DNA of 64,000 bases from an uncultured Intestinimonas sp. (GTDB taxonomy: Bacteria > Bacillota > Clostridia > Oscillospirales > Oscillospiraceae), in NCBI GenBank assembly GCA_944385655.1, contig CALWYC010000001.1, positions 1,212-65,211 on the forward strand, read 5' to 3'. The stretch's first letter is position 1. The number at the start of each line of letters is the position of its first letter. Made by a program: the position numbers and the translations under genes. The notes under the pieces were generated by a model. The model saw nothing but the letters and a program-made list of their open reading frames with translations, did no database searches and had not been told where the DNA came from. Below are positions 8,539 to 17,591 of the stretch, one piece after another.

Positions 8539-10383
8539 TTATGTGGGCATGGCCGTGGCCCGGACTGCCGTGGAGGACAGCTGCTCCACCAGCACGGTCT
8601 GGACCGCGTCGGCAATGGCCTTCCGGTCCGCCGCTGTGTTTCCGGTATTGGCCCCGGTGATGTTGATGACCGGCGTCTGGCTGGTCAGGTTGACGTTGTT
8701 CACATACCGGCGCTCGGCGTTGTCAATGAGCAGCTTCAGGTCCTCATTGCTCATGTTCACGCTCTTCTCGATTCCCTTCGCGGCGCCGGTGAGTTCGGTC
8801 ATCTGGTCATAAGTGGGGATCTCATTATAGGAGGCGGCGCTGGTCCCCATTCCATCAAAGTTGAGGAAATTGTTGCCCCAGTTGTAGCCGCTCTGGAATG
8901 CCTCGCCCAGGTCAAAGTACTCCATGGGCTTGACAAACTCTTGATAGGAGCCGGCGGCAATGGCGGCCTCACGGTTTGCGGCCATCTGGTTATACAGGCG
9001 ATCGATACCGGAAGTAAGGCTGACCTGTACGCCTGGGATCTTGTTGACAAGGTCCTCAATGCCGCCCACCACGCTGCGGATATACCCCAGCACCGTCAGG
9101 GACATGTCGTAAAACAGGACCTTTACGGCAGTCACCGGGTCGTTGAACACGTTGCCGATGAAGTTCACGAAGGCGGCGAACCCCCGCTGGAGGGGGACGA
9201 TGGTCTGGTTTGCAATGAACGCCGCCATCGTGAAGAATGCACCGGCAATAATACCGGTAGCGGACACGGTGGCCCCGGTCACCTTGTTGTAGACAGCGAC
9301 AATCAGGTAGATGGCCCCTATCACCGCCACGATAGCAATAAGAGGTAGGGCCCAGGCCTGTGCTGCTGCCAGCCCAAACAGCCGCTGCGCTGCCGTTAAA
9401 GCGTTAGTGGCCGCTGTGCAGATGTTGGTCCAGTTGGCTGCCAGCATGAAGATGGCGAACGCTGCGCCCGCTGTGGCCACAATGGGTATCAGGATGTCCA
9501 GGTTGTTGGCCGCCATGTTTATGGCGCTGAATACCGGCTGCATGGCCATGATGGCGGTGTTCTGGAAGAATGTCCAAACCTGGCCCCAGGTCATGGGCAT
9601 TTCCTCAAATTTAGCGTTGGTCTCCTCGGCCATGTAAAACATGGCGTTTTTGACCACTTCTGCGGTGATGGCGCCCTCGGAGGCCATTTCCCGCATCTTG
9701 CCGGTGCTCACGCCCATATACTCGGCGATGGACTGGGCGATGGTGGGTGTCTGCTCCAGGATGGAGTTCAATTCCTCGCCGCGGAGCACGCCGGAGGACA
9801 TGGCCTGGGTGAGCTGGAGCATGGCGGCGTCTGCGGCCTGGGTGGATGCGCCGGACAGTGTGATCTGCTTGTTGAGCTGTTCGGCAAAGGCCACCAGTTC
9901 GGCGGAGCTGTCAAAGGCTTCTCCCGCCAGATTGCCCAGCTTGGCCACCATGTCGGCGGTCTGCTGGTAGGAGCCCCGGGACCGCTGAGCGGACGCGTAG
10001 ATCATCTGGTTCAGTTCGGCGGTGGTCTGCAAGCCGTCGTTCATCATGTCCAACCGCGCCGTGGTCTGTGTCATGGCGTCGGAGAGGCCTACAATAGCCT
10101 TCACGCCCTGGACCCCGGCGTAAGCGCCCAGCAGACTGCGCAGCTTGCTCAGGAGCCCGTCCGCCCCCGCCGTCGTGTGCCGGGTCTGGTTCTCCATTTC
10201 GGTCAGGTAATCGGTCAGCCGATCCACTGCGTTGGCGGTGGCGGCAGTGGCCGTCTCGATGTTCAGAAGGGACGCCTGCATGTCTGAGGAGGCCAAAGCG
10301 GCCTGGGTCCCCAGGGTGATGTAGCGGGTCAGGTTGGCGGAGAACCGGTCCTCCAGGGTCAGCGTTTCATGGATGCGCGCCAC
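8539..10383 (-). CDS. Tape measure protein
   Basis: AMLQLTQAMSSGVLRGEELNSILEQ tape-measure motif, Ala-rich helices, hydrophobic segments. Confidence 0.92.
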   Translation of the reverse strand: MARIHETLTLEDRFSANLTRYITLGTQAALASSDMQASLLNIETATAATANAVDRLTDYLTEMENQTRHTTAGADGLLSKLRSLLGAYAGVQGVKAIVGLSDAMTQTTARLDMMNDGLQTTAELNQMIYASAQRSRGSYQQTADMVAKLGNLAGEAFDSSAELVAFAEQLNKQITLSGASTQAADAAMLQLTQAMSSGVLRGEELNSILEQTPTIAQSIAEYMGVSTGKMREMASEGAITAEVVKNAMFYMAEETNAKFEEMPMTWGQVWTFFQNTAIMAMQPVFSAINMAANNLDILIPIVATAGAAFAIFMLAANWTNICTAATNALTAAQRLFGLAAAQAWALPLIAIVAVIGAIYLIVAVYNKVTGATVSATGIIAGAFFTMAAFIANQTIVPLQRGFAAFVNFIGNVFNDPVTAVKVLFYDMSLTVLGYIRSVVGGIEDLVNKIPGVQVSLTSGIDRLYNQMAANREAAIAAGSYQEFVKPMEYFDLGEAFQSGYNWGNNFLNFDGMGTSAASYNEIPTYDQMTELTGAAKGIEKSVNMSNEDLKLLIDNAERRYVNNVNLTSQTPVINITGANTGNTAADRKAIADAVQTVLVEQLSSTAVRATAMPT

Positions 10384-10387
10384 AGGC

Positions 10388-10549
10388 TCACTTCCTCTCT
10401 CTCGACGCGATTTCCTTTTTGATGAATGCGGCGATCAGGCACCGCTCCCGGTAGGGCAGCGCTTCATACTGGGAGGGGGGCCACCCCAGATTGACAAAGC
10501 AGTAATAGGCCGCAATGGTCTCGGGGTCGCCCCCGTCGATCAGTTTTTT
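10388..10549 (-). CDS. Tail assembly chaperone -1 frameshift extension (gpGT-like)
   Basis: Reading frame KLIDGGDPETIAAYYCFVNLGWPPSQYEALPYRERCLIAAFIKKE entered through slippery A-AAA-AAC at 10549-10543. Confidence 0.8.
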   Translation of the reverse strand, partial: KKLIDGGDPETIAAYYCFVNLGWPPSQYEALPYRERCLIAAFIKKEIASRERK

Positions 10550-10944
10550 GCGTCTTCCTCCACAGGGAAGTTGAAGCCGCTCAGATCGTTGATGGCCTGC
10601 ACCAGCTTGGCGTATTCTCCGGAGAGGAGCATCTTGCCCGGCACCAGGGCGGGGTCCAGGACCCCATAAGCGTCGCACAGCTCCTTCTCGGCGAAGTTGG
10701 GCTCCACGGTGGCCGCCAGCACAGTGGCCCTGGAGAGGAAGGAGGAGTCGATGTATTCCTGGGCCACGCCATTCACCGTCCGGGTGCGCTTGGCCCGCTT
10801 TACCAGGGCGTCGTTCTCCTCCTGGGTGAGGGGGCGGATCTTGAAGGGGACGGGCTTGCCGTCCTCCCCCAAAAACCGGTCGGAGATCACGACCTCCTTG
10901 GGCTCTGGGGCCACGGGATGCAGAAATGCGGACAGCTTGCTCAT
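10540..10944 (-). CDS. Tail assembly chaperone (XkdN-like)
   Basis: MSKLSAFL..SDRF..GKPVPFKIRPLT..LLSGEY..EEDAKN; RBS AAGGAGG. Confidence 0.88.
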   Translation of the reverse strand: MSKLSAFLHPVAPEPKEVVISDRFLGEDGKPVPFKIRPLTQEENDALVKRAKRTRTVNGVAQEYIDSSFLSRATVLAATVEPNFAEKELCDAYGVLDPALVPGKMLLSGEYAKLVQAINDLSGFNFPVEEDAKN

Positions 10945-10954
10945 AGTTACCTCC

Positions 10955-11428
10955 TTAATTCCCCAGCGTGGCCGGGTCCGTAAAGGCGGACAGGCGGGCC
11001 ACCCTAGTGTAGGCAAAGTTGAAGTCGTATTTGAGCATGGCCTCCTCGTCGTTGAGGATGCTCAGAGGGATGGTGCCGGTGAGGGTACAGCCGTAGTAGG
11101 CCATGACCTGGCTGCCCACCGATGTAGTGGGGTCGGCGTTGGTGATCTGGATGTCGAACTCAGGCATGACGCCGGTGTTGATGTACTCCAGTACCATATC
11201 CGTCCACAGGTTGCTCCCGTAATAGATGTTGCCGGTGCCGGTCAGCTTGGCCCCGTTGCTCTTGTTCTGGATGATGCGGGTGCCGATGACCCGCATATCG
11301 GAGGACTGGATCTCGGCGTTGGTCTTGATGTTCCGCATGCCGGCCGCTACGGTGTTGACGCCGTTTCGGGTGACGACTACGGAGCCCTCCGCGCCGTTGA
11401 CGGTATCTTTCGCCAGCAGATAAGACAT
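10955..11428 (-). CDS. Tail tube protein (XkdM-like)
   Basis: 157 aa after the sheath; FDIQITNADPTTSVGSQ motif. Confidence 0.9.
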   Translation of the reverse strand: MSYLLAKDTVNGAEGSVVVTRNGVNTVAAGMRNIKTNAEIQSSDMRVIGTRIIQNKSNGAKLTGTGNIYYGSNLWTDMVLEYINTGVMPEFDIQITNADPTTSVGSQVMAYYGCTLTGTIPLSILNDEEAMLKYDFNFAYTRVARLSAFTDPATLGN

Positions 11429-11440
11429 GTTCTCGCCTCC

Positions 11441-12778
11441 TTATGCGTCCATCGAAATGGTGATGTATACCTTCTCCACGCTTCCGACCGGCTGTACAGA
11501 GAGATTCACCACAATGGCGTTGATGGCCTCGCCGGGCTCCACCGTCACGTCCTCCGCGGTGAAGTTCTGGATGCCGTTGTTGGCCTGGATGTCCAGCAGG
11601 TAGCCCACGACGGCCGCCTGGAACATGGACCGGCCCTGGGCGTTGTTGTCCACCACGCCCAGGTAATTGGCGGAGAACTGCCGGTAGAGGTCGTTGGCAA
11701 TGGTGTTGGCCAGGCGCATGGTCCGGTTGTACCGGTAGACCTCGGTGATATCGGTGGTGTAGGTCACCAGAGAATTGATGTCCTGCTCCACGTACACCCG
11801 CCCGTTGTCCGCCGAGAGCACCAGCTGTCCGGCGTTCAGCGCTGCGATGTACTGGGCGTTGGTCATCATTGTGGTGCTTACCGCGTTGGGATAGGTGGCG
11901 TTGGTGAGGGATTCATTGTACATGGCCCCGGCCTCCGCGCCGCCCACCCACCAGCACACCTGCTGGGCGGTGAGTTCAGTCCCATCGCTGAGGGTAACGG
12001 GGGACATGACGTTAACGACGTAGCGGCTGTCCGGGTTGGTGAGGTTGGCCGCCACCAGCTGGCAGTACTGGCCGTTTTCCTCGTTCATTCGCTGCACGAA
12101 GGAAGTCATGGCTGCCTGAACCGTGGCGTCGCCGCCGTCATAGATGAGGATATCAAACTGATAGGGCTCAATGACGCCCAGGAAGGCGGAGTAAGCGGCG
12201 GTCTCTACGGTTCCGTCGCTGCCGCCGGAGAGGTCCGTTCCTGCGGTGGCCGTCACGGCGCCCGTGCCGCTCCAGCTTACCCAGGCATTGGGCTCCAGAT
12301 CAGACACGGCGGCGATACCGGTCTGCTCATCCACTGCGCTTCCATCCACCACGGTGGTCACGGTAAAGGTCTCTTCGTCTGCCTCCTCCGTGATCACGAT
12401 GGAGATGGCGTTGCCGCGTACGCCTGGATAGAGGGCCGTGGCCGTCAGTGCGCCGGCGGTTGCCTTTGCCTGGGCGGAGCCGGAGGCAGAGGGCCGGTAG
12501 AGCAAAACCTTGCTGGCCCCGGCGGTCCGGTTGGTGCCGAGGAAGATCTGCTGGAGGAAGCGGGCGTTGGGGCTGGTGATGTCGTAGCCGCAGAAGGGGG
12601 TGGTGTCCGCCCCGGCCTCCACGGTCTGCACGGAGCCTACAGGTCCCCAGCTCATGGGCTCGCAGATGGCCACGACGCCCCGCTCCCCCACCGTCAGGCC
12701 CAGGCCCTGGGTGGAGGTAAAGCGGATGTATACGCCGGGGCGTACTTTGTTCTGACTGGTCCAGGTGCCGCCGGGCAT
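11441..12778 (-). CDS. Contractile tail sheath protein (XkdK-like)
   Basis: MPGGTWTSQNKVRPGVYI, TALYPGVRGN, EQDINSL, NNAQGR motifs. Confidence 0.95.
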   Translation of the reverse strand: MPGGTWTSQNKVRPGVYIRFTSTQGLGLTVGERGVVAICEPMSWGPVGSVQTVEAGADTTPFCGYDITSPNARFLQQIFLGTNRTAGASKVLLYRPSASGSAQAKATAGALTATALYPGVRGNAISIVITEEADEETFTVTTVVDGSAVDEQTGIAAVSDLEPNAWVSWSGTGAVTATAGTDLSGGSDGTVETAAYSAFLGVIEPYQFDILIYDGGDATVQAAMTSFVQRMNEENGQYCQLVAANLTNPDSRYVVNVMSPVTLSDGTELTAQQVCWWVGGAEAGAMYNESLTNATYPNAVSTTMMTNAQYIAALNAGQLVLSADNGRVYVEQDINSLVTYTTDITEVYRYNRTMRLANTIANDLYRQFSANYLGVVDNNAQGRSMFQAAVVGYLLDIQANNGIQNFTAEDVTVEPGEAINAIVVNLSVQPVGSVEKVYITISMDA

Positions 12779-12780
12779 GG

Positions 12781-12942
12781 TCAGTCACGCTCCTTTCCAA
12801 AGAAGGCCCTGACCGCCTTATCTGCCTCGGCCAGGGTATAATAGGGTTCTTTCAGGACTGCCGCCAGGAAGTCCTTCTGGTACCCGGCGTAGCGCTTACT
12901 CTTGAGCAGCGCCTCCCGGGTATATTTCTTGGCTTTATCCAT
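12781..12942 (-). CDS. Small conserved phage protein preceding the sheath
   Basis: Hand translation MDKAKKYTREALLKSKRYAGYQKDFLAAVLKEPYYTLAEADKAVRAFFGKERD (53 aa), RBS GGAGG. Confidence 0.7.
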   Translation of the reverse strand: MDKAKKYTREALLKSKRYAGYQKDFLAAVLKEPYYTLAEADKAVRAFFGKERD

Positions 12943-13390
12943 GGGTCACCTCCGGTTCGTAGTCCATGGTCTCCATTTTGACGTGCTCCTGCGGAAGGGC
13001 CACCCGCTCCCGGACTTCGAAACGGTAGTGCAGCTCGTCCAGGTCGATGTTCCACTCCCGGTCATGGGTCCTCAAGAGGACGGTCCCCTCCGTGGTCCCG
13101 TCGCTGTATGGGAAGGACTCCATCAGGAGGTCCAGGGTCTCCCCCGCCGCCTGATAGCGCCGCTGGAGGTCGGGCAGGTTGTACTCCAGGAGGTATACCA
13201 GATCCACACCCAGAATCCGCCGCCAGAAACCGCCGGTTTCCAGCAGAAGCCGGTTGGTCCTGGTCTGCAAAAACATCATGGGCTGCTGGCTTCCTTGCTG
13301 ATTGGGGTCCTCATAAAAGGTGACGCCGGGGAAGTGGGGCGCCAGATAGCCCGCCAGAGACTTGGCGATGGTAGTTACGGTCAGGTTCAT
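12935..13390 (-). CDS. Tail terminator/completion protein
   Basis: Position between HK97 gp10-like gene and sheath; DELHYRFEV. Confidence 0.75.
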   Translation of the reverse strand: MNLTVTTIAKSLAGYLAPHFPGVTFYEDPNQQGSQQPMMFLQTRTNRLLLETGGFWRRILGVDLVYLLEYNLPDLQRRYQAAGETLDLLMESFPYSDGTTEGTVLLRTHDREWNIDLDELHYRFEVRERVALPQEHVKMETMDYEPEVTHG

Positions 13391-13887
13391 TCCATCAGCC
13401 TCCCGATCTCCTTGTCCAGTTCTTCCTGCACTGTCCGCTCATAGACCTCCTTGGCTTTGTCCACCATAAACTCGCCCTTGACGTAGCGGGTCTTGGTGCC
13501 CACCACCAGGCCTACCTTTGCGGTCGGATCGTACTCCAACAGTCCGGACTCCGGGTTGATATAGAGCCCCGGGACGAAGTGCCGGTCCATCCGGTGCCCC
13601 TGATCCACGTAGGAGGCGTAATCCTTGTTGTTGTTCAGCTCGGTCTGAACCGCCGCCCCGGCCACCCTGGGCTCTGTTACGCTGTCCGTGGCCCAGTGCT
13701 GCTTTAGCTCTCCGGTCCGGGTGTGGGTCCCCCGCAGGCTGTTCATTTTAGGCGGCGTGGCCTCTATGGCCGCCTCCACAGCCCGCATGGTGGCCGTTCG
13801 CGCCGTCTTAGCCAGCACCCTTGGCAGGTCGGCCTGCGCCTTCTTGAGCTGCTGAATGCGCTGCTGAAGCGTTACGGTGTAACTCAT
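13387..13887 (-). CDS. HK97 gp10-family neck protein
   Basis: TRTGELKQHW..NNKDYASYVDQGHR..YVKGEFM. Confidence 0.85.
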   Translation of the reverse strand: MSYTVTLQQRIQQLKKAQADLPRVLAKTARTATMRAVEAAIEATPPKMNSLRGTHTRTGELKQHWATDSVTEPRVAGAAVQTELNNNKDYASYVDQGHRMDRHFVPGLYINPESGLLEYDPTAKVGLVVGTKTRYVKGEFMVDKAKEVYERTVQEELDKEIGRLME

Positions 13888-14267
13888 TTGACACGCTCCT
13901 GCTCCATCAGCCTGATCTCCTGGTGGGCCAGTCCCGGAAGGATGGCCCCAAAGGGCTCATAGTAGAGGTTTGGGTCGCTGGCAAAGGCCCGGATGGTTGG
14001 ACCGGGCCTGCCCAGCTTACCGCCCCTGGTGATGATGAGCTCATCCCCCGCGCGGATGTCCACCGAGATATCGCAGGCCAGGTGGTCATTTTGGCTGACG
14101 CTGGAGGCCGTCTGGCTCATACTGATGGGCTTGTTGTCGCTCTGGTAGACGCGGCACGGGACGCCCGTCAGCACCTTCTGACGCTCCTGCCGGGTAAGAT
14201 TGCCGTCCTGCACCGTGACATTTCTCCACACGTCCATGGTGTCCGTGTACCAATCTGTCCAATTCAC
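13884..14267 (-). CDS. Head closure protein
   Basis: YTDTMDVWR..PCRV..IRAGDELII..HQEI; position in operon. Confidence 0.75.
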   Translation of the reverse strand: MNWTDWYTDTMDVWRNVTVQDGNLTRQERQKVLTGVPCRVYQSDNKPISMSQTASSVSQNDHLACDISVDIRAGDELIITRGGKLGRPGPTIRAFASDPNLYYEPFGAILPGLAHQEIRLMEQERVK

Positions 14268-14278
14268 GCCGTCTCACC

Positions 14279-14770
14279 TCAAATCACCAGCATCCCGGCC
14301 ATGCCGATGAGCTTGGCCCGGTTGGCGAACATCTGTCCATAAGTGGTGCTGTTCAGATCGCCCCAGTCCTCGGTCCCTGCCGTAATGGCGGCGGTATCGT
14401 AGCTCACGGAGGCGTCTCCCAGGGTAGCGCTCTTGACCATGCCCACCAGGGCCCCCGAGGCTGCCGCCTGCTCCGGCGTCTCGTTGCTGGCGGCGTAGCC
14501 TCTCAGGTACAGGGTGACATAGTGGGCCACATAGAGCCCCACGGCGTAGCGCCATCCCTCCCCCCACCTCTCAGGCTGCACGGCGGCGTTTGCCATGCGG
14601 ATGATCTCTTGCAGCATAGCGGCGGGAAGCAGCGGTTGGCCCCCCGCGTTGAAGAACTGCGGGAAGTCCGCCTGAAACTGCTCTGCTGTGTAGGTGCCGG
14701 GCGCGCCGCTGCCGAGGTTGGCGGCCGCCGCCCGTACTCCATAAAACTGAGGTTTGCCCCAGTAGTACAT
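14279..14770 (-). CDS. Head-tail adaptor (DUF4054-like)
   Basis: FQADFPQF..GLYVAHY..GDASVSYD..TTYGQMF. Confidence 0.85.
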   Translation of the reverse strand: MYYWGKPQFYGVRAAAANLGSGAPGTYTAEQFQADFPQFFNAGGQPLLPAAMLQEIIRMANAAVQPERWGEGWRYAVGLYVAHYVTLYLRGYAASNETPEQAAASGALVGMVKSATLGDASVSYDTAAITAGTEDWGDLNSTTYGQMFANRAKLIGMAGMLVI

Positions 14771-14785
14771 CCCGCAGTCCCTCCT

Positions 14786-15031
14786 TTACTCCTCGGTGGT
14801 CTTCCTGCCGCGGCGCGTCTTGACCTTCTTTTCGTCTGCCGCCTGGGTCTCCTTGTCACTCGTCCCGGAGGGCACCAGCTTCCCGTCGGCCACCAGAGCC
14901 TTGAAATAGGGGGCGCCCGCCGCCCAGTCCGGGACGGTGCTCATCTGCCCCCGGACCAGCCGGACGGCAGCAGAGCCGTCCGGGGCCGGGATGACGATGT
15001 TCCGCTTGCTCAGTACAAACATGGCCCTCAC
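14786..15031 (-). CDS. Small head-associated protein
   Basis: 81 aa directly after the major capsid gene; VPDWA..YFKALVADG. Confidence 0.7.
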   Translation of the reverse strand: MRAMFVLSKRNIVIPAPDGSAAVRLVRGQMSTVPDWAAGAPYFKALVADGKLVPSGTSDKETQAADEKKVKTRRGRKTTEE

Positions 15032-15032
15032 C

Positions 15033-16067
15033 TCAGATGCCGTCCACGTAGGAGATGGAGGTGGGGTAGAAGATCTGAACCTCAGAGATGTTGGACATGT
15101 AGGCGGTGTCGTAGCAGACGTTCGCCACGTTGGGGGCGCTCATGATGCGGGACAGGGGCACCAGCTCGTCCATCTTGACGAAGCGACGGTCGTTGTTGTA
15201 CACCACCATGCGGTCCTTGCTGCCGGTGCCTGCGCCCTTGCACCACCGGGTGGCCCCGATGAACAGGTCGCCGCCGGCCTTCGTGGCCGCGTTGTTCTTC
15301 ATCAGGAAGTCGTAGATGGTCTCGGTGGCCAGCTCGGTGACCTTCGTGGTCATGATGTAGAGATACTGCTCGTAGGGGATCAGGATGTGGTTGGGGATGG
15401 CGGTCTCGTCGTACTCGTTGGCGGCCCAGCCGGAGGCCAGAGCGTCGTTCACATCCTTCAGGATCTCCTCCGGGGTCTTGGTGGCCCAGGTGGCGGTGCC
15501 GGCCGCGCCGTTGGCGGAGGTGGTCTCGGTGGCATCGGGGTTATTGACCAGGCCGGTGGTGCCGTAGTCGGTGAGGCCCACATAGACGTTGGCGTCCATG
15601 TGCTTGTCGTAGGCCATGCGCACGCCGTCCTGGAGCAAGTTGTCCAGGCTACGGCCGATGTAGTTGGCCCGCTGCATGTCCTGGAACATCACCCGCAGGG
15701 CGGCGGCGAACACGTGGGCCTTGTATACGCCCTTGTCCACGCTGGCCTGCACGGTGGGGATGCCGTTGGCCCCGCCGGCGGTCACGGGGGAGTTAGTGGC
15801 CCCGCCGGTGATGCCGTAGGAGACAGCCATAGCGGACACGTAGTCCACCCAGCCACCGCCGGTCTCAATCACGATGTCCCGGGGATAGGTAAAGCTGGTC
15901 AGGGGCTTGCGGATCATGGGGTCGCGCTTCTCCAGCTCGCTCACCAGGAACGCGCCGCCGGAGGCGATGCCGTCCGCGTCCATCACGGGCACGCCGCCGG
16001 GCAGGCCGGGGGCACTCGGCATGGTAAAGGTTCCGGCATTGGTGGTGCCGACATTGGTAAAGCTCAT
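15033..16067 (-). CDS. Major capsid protein (DUF2184/HK97 fold)
   Basis: FLVSELEK..GLVNNP..TPEEILKDVN..PNHILIP..DRMVVY..YPTSISYVDGI; RBS AAGGAGG. Confidence 0.9.
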   Translation of the reverse strand: MSFTNVGTTNAGTFTMPSAPGLPGGVPVMDADGIASGGAFLVSELEKRDPMIRKPLTSFTYPRDIVIETGGGWVDYVSAMAVSYGITGGATNSPVTAGGANGIPTVQASVDKGVYKAHVFAAALRVMFQDMQRANYIGRSLDNLLQDGVRMAYDKHMDANVYVGLTDYGTTGLVNNPDATETTSANGAAGTATWATKTPEEILKDVNDALASGWAANEYDETAIPNHILIPYEQYLYIMTTKVTELATETIYDFLMKNNAATKAGGDLFIGATRWCKGAGTGSKDRMVVYNNDRRFVKMDELVPLSRIMSAPNVANVCYDTAYMSNISEVQIFYPTSISYVDGI

Positions 16068-16083
16068 ATTTTCTACCTCCTTA

Positions 16084-16596
16084 TTAGGCGTTGTTCATGG
16101 TCAGGATGCGCAGCTCGGCGATGCCGTTGGCGTCGGCGGGTCCCGCCCACTGGCAGTTGGTGAGCTGCACGGTGTTGGCGCTGTCCGCCTCGGCCTCGAA
16201 GCCGCCCACAGGGGCGGTGGGATAGCTGCCGTTGGCGGTGATCCGCACGTACACCGCGCCGCCCAGGGCGGGGGTGCCGCGGCTGCACTTGACGTTGATG
16301 GCCCCGCGCTGGAACACGCTGACGGGCTCACCCACCGCATACTGGCCCTGGCTCTGGTCGAGGTAGGTCAGGGCACTCTTGATTTCACATCCAGCCACAC
16401 CCACAAACTCGGCGGCGGTGGCCCCGGCGCCCATGGGAATCACCGCGCCATCCTCATACTTCAAAGCCGCGCCGAAGGGAATCGCGGCGTCTCCGCCGGC
16501 GGGCCGGGTGTTGACGATCATGTCGGGCTGACGGGCGTAGCAGCCCGCGAAGCCGTGGGGCATTTCCTTGCCGATTACCTGGGGATTCAGTCCCAT
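16084..16596 (-). CDS. Capsid cement/decoration protein
   Basis: Between scaffold and MCP; MGLNPQVIGKEMPHGFAG..RGAINV..GAVYVR..AELRI. Confidence 0.8.
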   Translation of the reverse strand: MGLNPQVIGKEMPHGFAGCYARQPDMIVNTRPAGGDAAIPFGAALKYEDGAVIPMGAGATAAEFVGVAGCEIKSALTYLDQSQGQYAVGEPVSVFQRGAINVKCSRGTPALGGAVYVRITANGSYPTAPVGGFEAEADSANTVQLTNCQWAGPADANGIAELRILTMNNA

Positions 16597-16611
16597 AGAA
16601 AAATCACTCCT

Positions 16612-17589
16612 TTACGATGTGGCCAGCATCCCCGCCGTGCAGAGCGCGGCCAGAAGGCTGTTGAAATCTTCCATAGTGGGGGCGGCGGTCAGATCCGTGA
16701 TGGCGGCCATCTGGAGCACTCCGCCTCTCGCCGATGTGGTGGCGTTTGGGAGGGTGTAGCTGGGTCCAGCGGGGCCCTGCGCGCCTTTCAGGTTGTGGAA
16801 CTCAAAAGCGAACACTTTAGCCGTGTCCGGCCCGGAGGCCGTCACGGTGACCGAAGGCGTCCCGGTGGCGCTATCCACCGTAGCCGTCGGCGTTCCAAAG
16901 CCCGCTGCCACGCCTGGAGCTCCGTCTGTTCCGTTTGCGCCATCCGCTCCAGCAGGGCCGCGAATGTTGACGCCCGCCACAGCGGGCATCCCGCCCTTGC
17001 TGGCCTTCCAGGTGAGTTCCCCGTCCTCACTGACGCTGGGCTGATAGTAGCCGCCGTCCTCTCCGGCGGAGCCGGACGCAGAGGGCACAGGGCCCACATA
17101 GGCGATCCGCAGCTCGGCCACGCCGTGGTTGTCCGCCGGGCCGTTCCACTGGGCGTTGGGAATGACCACGGTGTCGGCCCCGTCTGCCTCCGCCTCGAAG
17201 CCCCCGGCGGGGTACCCTTCCGAGGCGGTCACCCGGACGTAGACCGTGCCGTCCACGGCGGGCGCGCCCTTCTGACACTTCACATTGATGCAGCCACGCT
17301 GGAACACGGAAACCGGTTCACCCGGTGCGTACCGCCCCACGTTCTGGCTGTAGAACTCCGCCGGGCTCTTGACCTCCAGGCCCGCTACGCCAATGAACTG
17401 GTTCCCGGTATTCCCGGCTCCCAGGGGAACGACCGCGCCGTTCTCGCCGCGCACCAGGGGCGTGCCAAAGACGATGGCCGCCGTTCCGCCCAGAGGGGCG
17501 GTGTTGGTAATCATGTCCGGCTGCCGGGCATAGGAACCGGCAAAGCCGTGGGACATGTTCAGGCCGATAGTCTACGGGTTCAGGGGCAT
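16612..17589 (-). CDS. Cement-domain/collagen/head-fibre fusion; in-frame TAG at codon 6 (readthrough, reinitiation at 17556, or pseudogene)
   Basis: N-terminal half is paralogous to 16084-16596; Gly-X-Y repeats; YTLPNATTSARGGV..DFNSLLAAL head-fibre-like tail; RBS GAGGAGG precedes ATG 17589. Confidence 0.75.
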
Positions 17590-17591
17590 GG

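Noticed and set aside
10697-12841. Long antisense ORFs (e.g. 10697-12841, 32928-35057, 46575-48629, 60590-62461)
   Set aside because: They are shadow frames of high-GC3 genes on the opposite strand, with no recognisable motifs or RBS.
15033-16067. Encapsulin nanocompartment operon
   Set aside because: The HK97-fold gene sits in a complete phage head-tail cluster with portal, terminase and protease, so it is the major capsid protein.
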